A DNA stretch of 32,000 nt, from contig NZ_CP074694.1 of assembly GCF_018398935.1 (NCBI RefSeq), positions 3,570,001 through 3,602,000 of the forward strand, written 5' to 3'. Position numbers and translations under genes: made by a program. The stretch is from Telmatocola sphagniphila (GTDB taxonomy: Bacteria > Planctomycetota > Planctomycetia > Gemmatales > Gemmataceae). Every line of letters starts with the position of its first letter. Position 1 is the stretch's first letter. The notes under the pieces are model-generated. The model saw nothing but the letters and a program-made list of their open reading frames with translations, had not been told where the DNA came from and searched no databases. Below, in pieces: positions 1 through 6,923 of the stretch.

Positions 1-783
1 AGCGGAATGCTGGCCAGCGAATCCACAACTGCTAACGATGTTGCAGACGAGTGCTACGACGTGAAAAACCTGCAAATTCGAAAACGAATTTTCAATGAGA
101 AGGAAGCGCCGGAGGAAATGAAGCTGGAACGCGAAATCGTTTTCAGAGAGGGCGAAGACAAAGATGGAGAACCAATAAAAATCTGGTACTGGTATGTCCG
201 ACCACAATCTACGGATTCTCCAAATGCCAGGGCAACGAAAGAGTATTTCCTTCAACCGCATTTGGATGATGCGAAACAAGCTGCTGAGCAATTTGTAGAT
301 AACCTTAAAATGCCCGAACCATTGCGAACTGCAGTTGTAGTTGCAGCGCAATTTCACGACATAGGCAAACGAAGGAAAGTCTGGCAGAACAGTCTCGGCA
401 ATATCGGTTACCCGAAATTCGAGTGGGCCAAATCGGGTAGGAAAATGGCTGCCCTCGAATTAAATCGTTACCGTCACGAATTTGGCTCCGTTCTCGACGT
501 AACATCCCACTTTGAGTTCCAAAAACTTGATGAAGCCATCAAGGAACTTGTTTTTCACCTCATTGCAGCCCACCACGGTCGCGCCCGTCCGCACTTCCCG
601 GTCGATGAGGCTTTTGATCCAGAACCGAAGGGAAGAAACGTGGAGGTAGTTATTAAAGAAGTTCCAAGGCGATTCGCTCGACTTCAACGCAAGTACGGTC
701 GCTGGGGTTTGGCTTTTCTGGAATCGCTTGTACGCGCAGCTGATATCCAAGCTTCAAAGAAAGCGGAAGGGAATGACAAATGA
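1..783 (+). CDS. cas3g: Cas3 helicase/nuclease, 3' end only (C-terminal HD nuclease domain); the gene continues upstream of the window
   Basis: The reading frame is open from base 1 to the TGA at 781-783. HD-superfamily motifs are visible: 'LQPHLDD', 'AAQFHDIGKRR', 'YRHEFGS', 'LIAAHHGRARPHF', 'LVRAADIQAS'. An HD domain at the C-terminal end of Cas3 is the arrangement I recall for type I-G/I-U. The stop overlaps the next gene's start (ATGA at 780-783). Confidence 0.85.
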   Translation, partial: SGMLASESTTANDVADECYDVKNLQIRKRIFNEKEAPEEMKLEREIVFREGEDKDGEPIKIWYWYVRPQSTDSPNARATKEYFLQPHLDDAKQAAEQFVDNLKMPEPLRTAVVVAAQFHDIGKRRKVWQNSLGNIGYPKFEWAKSGRKMAALELNRYRHEFGSVLDVTSHFEFQKLDEAIKELVFHLIAAHHGRARPHFPVDEAFDPEPKGRNVEVVIKEVPRRFARLQRKYGRWGLAFLESLVRAADIQASKKAEGNDK

Positions 784-1592
784 CAAATCCCGAAGCGAGT
801 ATTCGTGTAAAAGTTGATCCGACAAACCCCGGTCAATTTTTCGCATGCTGTGGCTTACTGGAACTAGCAGATCGGTTATGGCCGGGGGCCGAGGGGTGGT
901 TTGAGGAAGCTGAGTTCCGCATGGATTGTGCAAAAGGGAAACTTGAAATTCTGTTACAGGAAATCTGCAACGCGGAATTGACACAGCTAGATACAAGCGA
1001 CGATACGGGTTCAGCAATAGAGTTAGGAGCGCCATTCCGTCCTTTAGTCCTGGATTGGTGGCATGATGAACTGTTTGGCTCACGAAACAAACTTAATGGT
1101 AAAGAGCTAAAAGTTTGGGCGGGAACCATGGAAAGCGTCCGAATTGCCAAAGCGATGCAACTTGCAATGTCCGATAACACCTTACACACTTCAGAGTTGT
1201 TCAATGCTGGGCTGATCGCGCGGGATCCTGACGATCTCAAGAAGAAAGTCGAACCGTATTACTTTGATTCTCGTCGAGGACCAAATGCCCATTCACGAGA
1301 TTTAGGATTCTCTCCGAACGATCTCGGATTGACGACAACTGCATTTCCGTTTGTCGAGTTTCTTTGTCTGATCGGTCTCCAGAGAACCCGAGCAAGACCG
1401 ACTGATCAGCCCCGAATCTTCGATTACTTCACGTGGCCAATTGCGATAACAGCGAATCTGCTACTTCCCGCAGCGACGGGAAATCTTGAGTTGAGTGGTC
1501 AGATGGGCTATCGCTTTGAAAACTGGTATCGCACAAGTCAGAGAAAGCACAAGGCTTTTCTTCCCTCTGTTCCTCATTCTTTAGAAAGGTGA
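780..1592 (+). CDS. cas8g2: Short 270-aa protein in the Cas8 (large-subunit) slot of the type I-G locus; Cas8g2/Cas8u-like candidate
   Basis: It lies between cas3 and csb1, the position Csx17/Cas8g holds in I-G loci. Its ATG overlaps the cas3 stop by 4 nt, and its stop lies 3 nt before the cas7 ATG. The N-terminal 'DPTNPGQFFACCGLLELADRLW' resembles, from memory, the N-terminal NP..(Y/F)L.A.G.LRL motif of Csx17. The family assignment comes from position and motif recollection only. Confidence 0.55.
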   Translation: MTNPEASIRVKVDPTNPGQFFACCGLLELADRLWPGAEGWFEEAEFRMDCAKGKLEILLQEICNAELTQLDTSDDTGSAIELGAPFRPLVLDWWHDELFGSRNKLNGKELKVWAGTMESVRIAKAMQLAMSDNTLHTSELFNAGLIARDPDDLKKKVEPYYFDSRRGPNAHSRDLGFSPNDLGLTTTAFPFVEFLCLIGLQRTRARPTDQPRIFDYFTWPIAITANLLLPAATGNLELSGQMGYRFENWYRTSQRKHKAFLPSVPHSLER

Positions 1593-1595
1593 CCG

Positions 1596-2858
1596 ATGAG
1601 TAATTTGAAAAGATTTGATGAATTCCTGAAGCAAGATGGCCCGGTGGCCCTCGTGCTTCGCCAACATTTAATGCCTGTCGAAGGGCAAGATGGCGTTGTT
1701 TTCCCAGCAACTTATGCCGCTGGGGGGAACTTCCCTGGCGGATACAACATCGACTCATTTGAAAACAAGACAAATGTTGCCTTGATTGACAGCATCGGCT
1801 CGCAAGCCAATCGAATCGAACCAATCTTTGCGGAAGAAGACTACAAGCATCTCATTCCTCAAATTTCGGTAACAGTTGGCGTAAAACAAATAAGTATTTT
1901 GGAGGCTGGGCATCGTGCGGGTGATGCCATCGTTCGTTGTTCATCACTTGCTCCAACGCTTCAAGATGCCTTCAAGGCAGTGCTTTCTGGTTCTGCCGAA
2001 CCGATCGCGAAAATTGCGCCCACTTCCCTGGTCTTCGGGGTGTGGGATTCGCGAGATACACAGGTCAAATTACCTCGAGTTTTTGCTTCGACCATCCGCG
2101 CATTCGAAGTTCGGCGATTAACCCGATCCGCTCAATACAATCCGCCTATCGATTATTCCACGCTCGAAGTATTTAGCGAGGAAGAGAAGGCTAAGGCCGA
2201 AGGAGACACGAAGAATCCCTTGGCAAAACGAGGTTTTGTACATGTGCCAGCAATCGGGTCACATGGCGGTGTGATCGCCGATGGTGGAATTCGCCGAGAT
2301 GCCACATTGAGTCTCGCCGCACTGCGGCTTCTCCACGTAGGCAACGATCAAGACAGAACGCTCGCCCTACGACGTTACATTCTCGGCCTCTCGCTCATTG
2401 CAATTACTTATCCCCCTGCTGGCTATCTTCGACAAGGGTGCCTTCTCGTCTTGAACCCCAGCAAAGCCAATGAAAACGAATTCGTGGAAGTTCAATCCTC
2501 AGGAGAGCGTAAACCTTGCAATTTAACTCACGATGAAGCCAAGAAGTATGCAACCGAAGCCGCGATAGCTTTTGGCGTAGGGCCGAGTCAGACCGTTCCG
2601 TTTGAAAAAGAGCGAGCAAAACGTGACGTGAGCGGAGTAGCTGCTGAAAACGGGATGATTGATGGAAAAATCACGAAAGTAGAATCGGAGAGCATCACCA
2701 TTAAAAGAGGCAAAAAAGATACGCCGGTAACCGTCGGAAGCGAAACCAAGTATTTCCTTGGTGATGCAGAATCCAACTATGAACTAGTGGTCGTTAAAGG
2801 CAAATCCGTCGAAGCCGAAGTTGCGAATGGTGTCGCAGTGAAAATAACCTCAAAGTGA
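1596..2858 (+). CDS. cas7g: Type I-G Cas7 backbone protein (Csb1 / GSU0053 family) carrying an extra ~75-aa C-terminal domain
   Basis: 420 aa. Csb1-like motifs are present: 'VVFPATYA', 'SLVFGVWDSRDTQVKLPRV', 'GGVIADGGIRRDATLSLAALRLL', 'LRRYILGLSLIA', 'LRQGCLLV'. The gene sits tightly in the cas operon. Confidence 0.85.
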   Translation: MSNLKRFDEFLKQDGPVALVLRQHLMPVEGQDGVVFPATYAAGGNFPGGYNIDSFENKTNVALIDSIGSQANRIEPIFAEEDYKHLIPQISVTVGVKQISILEAGHRAGDAIVRCSSLAPTLQDAFKAVLSGSAEPIAKIAPTSLVFGVWDSRDTQVKLPRVFASTIRAFEVRRLTRSAQYNPPIDYSTLEVFSEEEKAKAEGDTKNPLAKRGFVHVPAIGSHGGVIADGGIRRDATLSLAALRLLHVGNDQDRTLALRRYILGLSLIAITYPPAGYLRQGCLLVLNPSKANENEFVEVQSSGERKPCNLTHDEAKKYATEAAIAFGVGPSQTVPFEKERAKRDVSGVAAENGMIDGKITKVESESITIKRGKKDTPVTVGSETKYFLGDAESNYELVVVKGKSVEAEVANGVAVKITSK

Positions 2859-2875
2859 GCTTTTAGGAGCAATCG

Positions 2876-4342
2876 ATGAAGACTCAACTTTGTGTGACCA
2901 TACGTTACTTGCAACCTTTGAGCCATGGACGAGGAGCTGGAGGCGAACCGGAGTGGCCTCCCACGCCTTTACGATTGTTCCAAGCCCTTGTGGCTGCAGC
3001 TGCCGCGAGGTGGAACGAGCGGATGGTTTTGGCTTATGCAGTACCCGCACTACGGTGGCTTGAAGGAAGGCCATTTCCTATTATCGTCGCAGCACCGGCA
3101 CAGATTTCTGAAGTAAAGTGTCAGTTCTATGTGCCCGACAATACTGGCGATCTCCTAGTTCCAGCTTTCACTCGCGGTGATTTGCAAAGAGGTGTCAATC
3201 GTTCCGAAAAAATTATTCTACCAGTCCATCTGAATGGAGAAGCTGTTCATTATATCTATGAGCTTACCGATGGCGAATGTCCGCATATTGAAACTCTAAC
3301 TGCTGCCGCGCGCTCAATTACCCATCTCGGTTGGGGTATAGACATGGCCGTAGGGAATGCAGCTATCATGGACGAAAAAGAAGTCAGCGCTTTAAAAGGC
3401 GAAGTTTGGCGGCCAGTACCCGATTCATCGGGTACCCCTCTTCGAGTACCGATCCAAGGAACACTTGATGCGCTGATTTCCAAGCACGAAGCATTCTTAA
3501 ATCGACTCTCAAAGGATGGCTTCAAACCGGTGCCTCCTCTGTCCACCTTTAAAGTTGTCCGATATCGCAGAGCAACGGATTCTGCATCTAAGCCTTGGAT
3601 TGCGTTTCAGATTTTACGTCCAGAAGCCGACCGTATAGCTTCGTTTGATACACCGCGACGTTGTCGAGATGTTGCCGCTTGGGTTCGACATGTTACGGGG
3701 CAGGTCTGCGACGGTTGGCCTTTTGGTTCAACCGAAAGTTTCGTTCATGGTCATGCGGGTCCGAACCGGCAGTTAAAAGGTGAAGAAGCGGATAAGCGAT
3801 TTTCTTACTTGCCACTACCTACAATCAATCATGCGCTTAATCGGGTTGAAGCCATTCGGCGCGTTTTAATCACAGCTCCGCCTGGCTTTCAAGATCGCAT
3901 CGATTGGATTCGAAGAAGGCTTCCGGGACAGGATTTAATTGATCTTGAAGGAGAAGTGAAAGGGATTCTTAACATTCTCCCCACTAATAATTGGGTTCTT
4001 GAGCAGTACACAACCGAGTCTTGCTGCTGGTCAACAGTAACACCCGTGATGTGGCCGGGGCACGACGATAATGACGCCCGCAAAGCGGAGAAACTTCTTC
4101 GCAATGCCTTCATTCACGCTGGATTAGCCCCGGAAGTTGTGGCGGGGATTGAAGAACTTGACTGGAGGCCAGTGGGATTCCGAGCGGGTTTGGATTTGGC
4201 ACAGAACTACCGTCGACCCGAGAATCTGAATGGCCGAATGTATCATGTCCGCGTGAAGTTCGCTCATCCAGTTCGAGGCCCACTCGCTGTTGGCGCAGGG
4301 CGCTACCGCGGCTTCGGATTGTTCGCTAAAGCGGAAGTATAA
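2876..4342 (+). CDS. csb2: Type I-G Csb2 (GSU0054 family; Cas5-Cas6 fusion, crRNA-processing subunit)
   Basis: 488 aa. The N-terminus 'CVTIRYLQPLSHGRGAGGEPEWPPTPLRLFQALVAAA' is the characteristic Csb2 start as I recall it. The C-terminus 'PLAVGAGRYRGFGLF' is a glycine-rich RAMP-type loop. An AGGAG Shine-Dalgarno lies 7 nt upstream of the ATG. Confidence 0.85.
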   Translation: MKTQLCVTIRYLQPLSHGRGAGGEPEWPPTPLRLFQALVAAAAARWNERMVLAYAVPALRWLEGRPFPIIVAAPAQISEVKCQFYVPDNTGDLLVPAFTRGDLQRGVNRSEKIILPVHLNGEAVHYIYELTDGECPHIETLTAAARSITHLGWGIDMAVGNAAIMDEKEVSALKGEVWRPVPDSSGTPLRVPIQGTLDALISKHEAFLNRLSKDGFKPVPPLSTFKVVRYRRATDSASKPWIAFQILRPEADRIASFDTPRRCRDVAAWVRHVTGQVCDGWPFGSTESFVHGHAGPNRQLKGEEADKRFSYLPLPTINHALNRVEAIRRVLITAPPGFQDRIDWIRRRLPGQDLIDLEGEVKGILNILPTNNWVLEQYTTESCCWSTVTPVMWPGHDDNDARKAEKLLRNAFIHAGLAPEVVAGIEELDWRPVGFRAGLDLAQNYRRPENLNGRMYHVRVKFAHPVRGPLAVGAGRYRGFGLFAKAEV

Positions 4343-4370
4343 GAGTGGTCTTATCAGTTTAAAACTAGTC

Positions 4371-4400
4371 TGACAAAGCCATCGCATATGGGGCTAATAT
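4371..4400 (+). promoter_or_regulatory. Candidate internal promoter ahead of the adaptation module (TGACAA-18 nt-TAATAT)
   Basis: It sits in the 122-bp gap between csb2 and cas4-cas1. The -35-like TGACAA is at 4371-4376 and the -10-like TAATAT at 4395-4400. This is a pattern match only, and planctomycete promoter rules are poorly defined. Confidence 0.25.
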
Positions 4401-4464
4401 CAAGCCCCCTTGCCCCGGAACAATCATAGAAGATTGTGCCGCGAAAAATATTTCGGAGCCCCCC

Positions 4465-6246
4465 ATGCAGCCCCTGCCCCGCATCGACGATCAGCCCGTC
4501 CCTCTGCGAATGCTCAACGAATTCACCTATTGCCCCCGGCTGGGCTATCTCGAATGGGTCCAAGGCGAATGGGCCGATTCTCACGATACCCTACACGGCG
4601 AATTCATCCACCGAAACGTCGACCGAGAGGATAAAAAAGCGATCCCGGAAGCCGAAGAACTGGGGGAGGATTCGCTTCACGCTCGCTCCCTTCGACTCGA
4701 AAACGCCGAATTAGGGTTAGTGGCCCTTGTTGACGTTCTCGAACTCGATGGCGGTATCGCCACACCCGTCGACTACAAACGGGGCAGCGTACCGGACAAT
4801 GCGGAACATTCCTGGGAACCCGAAAGGGTCCAAATCTGCGCACAGGGACTCCTGCTTCGCGCGGCCGGCTACAACTGTTCGGAAGGAATTCTGTACTACT
4901 CCGCCAGCAAACGCCGGATTTCTATTCCGTTCGATGAACCGCTGGTGCGGCGGACCCGGGATCTCATTGCGGAATTTCGTCGGGTCGCCCAGACCGGCCA
5001 GATTCCTCCTCCTTTAGTGGACAGTCCCAAATGTCCACGCTGTTCTCTAGTCGGTATTTGCTTACCCGATGAAACCCGGTTACTTGCGAATCTGTCCGAA
5101 GAATCATTAAGTTCCGAAGATCCCGAAAAAGAAGTTTCGCCGTCCAATTTCAGGCCGCCTCGGGCCGCACTGATCCCCCGAAGCGATGAGTTGCCGTTAC
5201 ATGTGACCGAGCAAGGAGCCCGACTCTGCAAGGACGGAGAAAGACTGGCCATCGAGTACCAGGGCGAACGGCTCGGAAGTTTTCGACTGATCGATATTTC
5301 TCAGGTCTGCGTCTACGGCAATATTCAAATGACCTCCCAGGCTCTCGCGGAACTCGTGGATCGGGATATTCCCATTTGCTACTTCACTCAGGGAGGGTAC
5401 TTTCGCGGCATAACTCATGGGTTATCGCACCGGAATGTGGAACTCCGCATTCGGCAATATGCCGTTGCCGGCAATCCCCATCAAGCTCTGATCATTGCCC
5501 GGGCATTCATTGCGGGGAAAATTCGAAACTGCCGAACCATTCTCCGTCGCAATCGCCGCAAGGAGGAAGAGCAATCTCTCGATGATCCCTTCGGAAATCC
5601 GACAGGGGAAGCCCTGCCGCCCTCCACGACCCAGCGAGAAACGGATGGAGTGATCGAGCGTTTGAAGCACCATGCCTCGGAAGCTCTGCGCGCGGAATCG
5701 CTCGAATCTTTGATGGGAACGGAAGGCATGGCCGCAAAATTGTATTTCGGCGAATTCGCCAAATTATTGAAGAACGGCCTTCACTTTGAGGGTCGGAATC
5801 GCAGGCCCCCGACCGATCCTGTAAATGCGACTTTATCTTTTTTGTATGCCCTGCTGGCCAAGGAATGCCATGTGGCCTTGCAAGCAACCGGATTCGACCC
5901 GATGCTGGGATTTCTGCATAGACCCCGCTATGGCAGACCCTCTCTGGCACTCGATCTGGCGGAAGAATTCCGGCCGTTGATCGCCGATTCCACCGCACTG
6001 TCGTTATTAAACACCGGCGAATTATCGAAAACGCATTTCGTGCAGCGGGCCGGAGCATGTTCCTTAATTCCCACGGGCCGAAAAGCATTATTAACGGCCT
6101 GGGAACGACGGCTGTCCGGTGAAATAACCCATCCGGTCTTCGGATATGTTCTGAGTTACCGGCGAGTCATCGCTTTGCAGGCCCGGTTGCTGGGACGATT
6201 TCTCCTAGGAGAGATTCCGGCTTACCCGGCGTTTAAAACGAGATAG
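4465..6246 (+). CDS. cas4g/cas1g: Cas4-Cas1 fusion protein (adaptation nuclease/integrase)
   Basis: 593 aa. The N-terminal Cas4 part shows 'LNEFTYCPRLGYLEW', the RecB-type 'DVLELDGG...PVDYKRG', and the Cys cluster 'CPRCSLVGIC'. The C-terminal remainder is Cas1-like ('FRGITHGLSHRNVELRIRQY', 'EGRNRRPPTDPVNATLSFLYALL', 'GFDPMLGFLHRPRYGRPSLALDLAEEFRPLIAD'). GGAG lies upstream of the ATG. Confidence 0.95.
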   Translation: MQPLPRIDDQPVPLRMLNEFTYCPRLGYLEWVQGEWADSHDTLHGEFIHRNVDREDKKAIPEAEELGEDSLHARSLRLENAELGLVALVDVLELDGGIATPVDYKRGSVPDNAEHSWEPERVQICAQGLLLRAAGYNCSEGILYYSASKRRISIPFDEPLVRRTRDLIAEFRRVAQTGQIPPPLVDSPKCPRCSLVGICLPDETRLLANLSEESLSSEDPEKEVSPSNFRPPRAALIPRSDELPLHVTEQGARLCKDGERLAIEYQGERLGSFRLIDISQVCVYGNIQMTSQALAELVDRDIPICYFTQGGYFRGITHGLSHRNVELRIRQYAVAGNPHQALIIARAFIAGKIRNCRTILRRNRRKEEEQSLDDPFGNPTGEALPPSTTQRETDGVIERLKHHASEALRAESLESLMGTEGMAAKLYFGEFAKLLKNGLHFEGRNRRPPTDPVNATLSFLYALLAKECHVALQATGFDPMLGFLHRPRYGRPSLALDLAEEFRPLIADSTALSLLNTGELSKTHFVQRAGACSLIPTGRKALLTAWERRLSGEITHPVFGYVLSYRRVIALQARLLGRFLLGEIPAYPAFKTR

Positions 6247-6255
6247 TTATCGGAT

Positions 6256-6290
6256 ATCAGCTAATAGCAGTCAGCTATCAGCGGTCAGCA
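6256..6290. repeat. Five tandem heptamers (ATCAGCT AATAGCA GTCAGCT ATCAGCG GTCAGCA) in the cas1-cas2 intergenic gap
   Basis: Read directly from the sequence. The consensus is RTCAGCN with 7-bp periodicity, and the second unit is degenerate. It starts 10 nt after the cas4-cas1 stop. Confidence 0.6.
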
Positions 6291-6370
6291 GTTTGAAATG
6301 GTTGCAAGTGATTTGAAATACTCGTTTGCTCTTTTGGTTCGAACTGAAAGCTGAAAAATTCGGAGAAAAG

Positions 6371-6667
6371 ATGCGCAACATATACATCATCGCTTACGAT
6401 ATCGTCGACGACAAACGCAGAACCAAAGTGCATAAGATTTTGAAAGGCCGCGGCGAAGCTTTGCAGTATTCGGTATTCCAATGCGCATTGTCCCGGTCGG
6501 AGTATGTGGTACTGCAATCGGACCTCTGGGAAATTTTGAATTTGCATGAGGATCGTGTGGTGCTGGTGGATTTAGGTCCCCAAGTAGGTCGGGGAAGTTT
6601 GGCCATGGAGAGTTGGGGCCGGGCTTTGATGGATCCGGTCGAGCCGGGCGCGCCGATGATTATTTAA
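6371..6667 (+). CDS. cas2: Cas2 (adaptation endoribonuclease-fold protein)
   Basis: The start 'MRNIYIIAYDIVDDKRRTKVHKILKGRGEALQYSVFQC' is the typical Cas2 ferredoxin-fold opening. GGAGAAAAG lies immediately upstream of the ATG at 6371. The track ORF begins at an upstream TTG (6326), which I consider less likely. Confidence 0.9.
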   Translation: MRNIYIIAYDIVDDKRRTKVHKILKGRGEALQYSVFQCALSRSEYVVLQSDLWEILNLHEDRVVLVDLGPQVGRGSLAMESWGRALMDPVEPGAPMII

Positions 6668-6923
6668 TTTGGAAAAAACCGGGATTTCGAAGCGGATTCA
6701 GTTGTGCTATTATCTTAAAGATGGCTAATATTTCTTGAAAATTCGCACTGCGAACGACCCGATGCCGATGAAGTCCCGGGACTCGCTCGCGATCGTAAAG
6801 TTCTTTGACATATGAGCTTATGTTTTCTATATTGTTTTTGGAGTTCACAATATGGCCTTCTACACCACCCGCTCGAAAAACGGTTCGCAAAGTGTTTGTG
6901 AAACGCCGTTTAGGGAGCGGGCG
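6668..6923 (+). other. CRISPR leader (AT-rich, between cas2 and the first repeat)
   Basis: This is 256 bp of non-coding, visibly AT-richer sequence directly upstream of repeat 1. It lies on the side predicted by repeat orientation. Confidence 0.7.
6805..6833 (+). promoter_or_regulatory. Candidate pre-crRNA promoter: TTGACA-17 nt-TATATT
   Basis: A perfect -35 hexamer sits at 6805-6810, followed by an exact 17-nt spacer and TATATT at 6828-6833. This is about 90 nt upstream of the first repeat. Confidence 0.45.

Noticed and set aside
5507-6088. 193-aa minus-strand ORF inside cas4-cas1.
   Set aside because: It is antisense to a well-supported Cas1 domain, has no recognisable motifs, and is Arg/Ser/Pro-rich like a shadow frame.
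1-6667. Impression that the effector module (cas3 to csb2) is lower in GC than the cas4-cas1 gene, hinting at modular exchange.
   Set aside because: This rests on hand counts of only a few 60-nt lines with large scatter, so I cannot support it without a computed GC or codon-usage profile. A sliding-window GC and tetranucleotide analysis would settle it.
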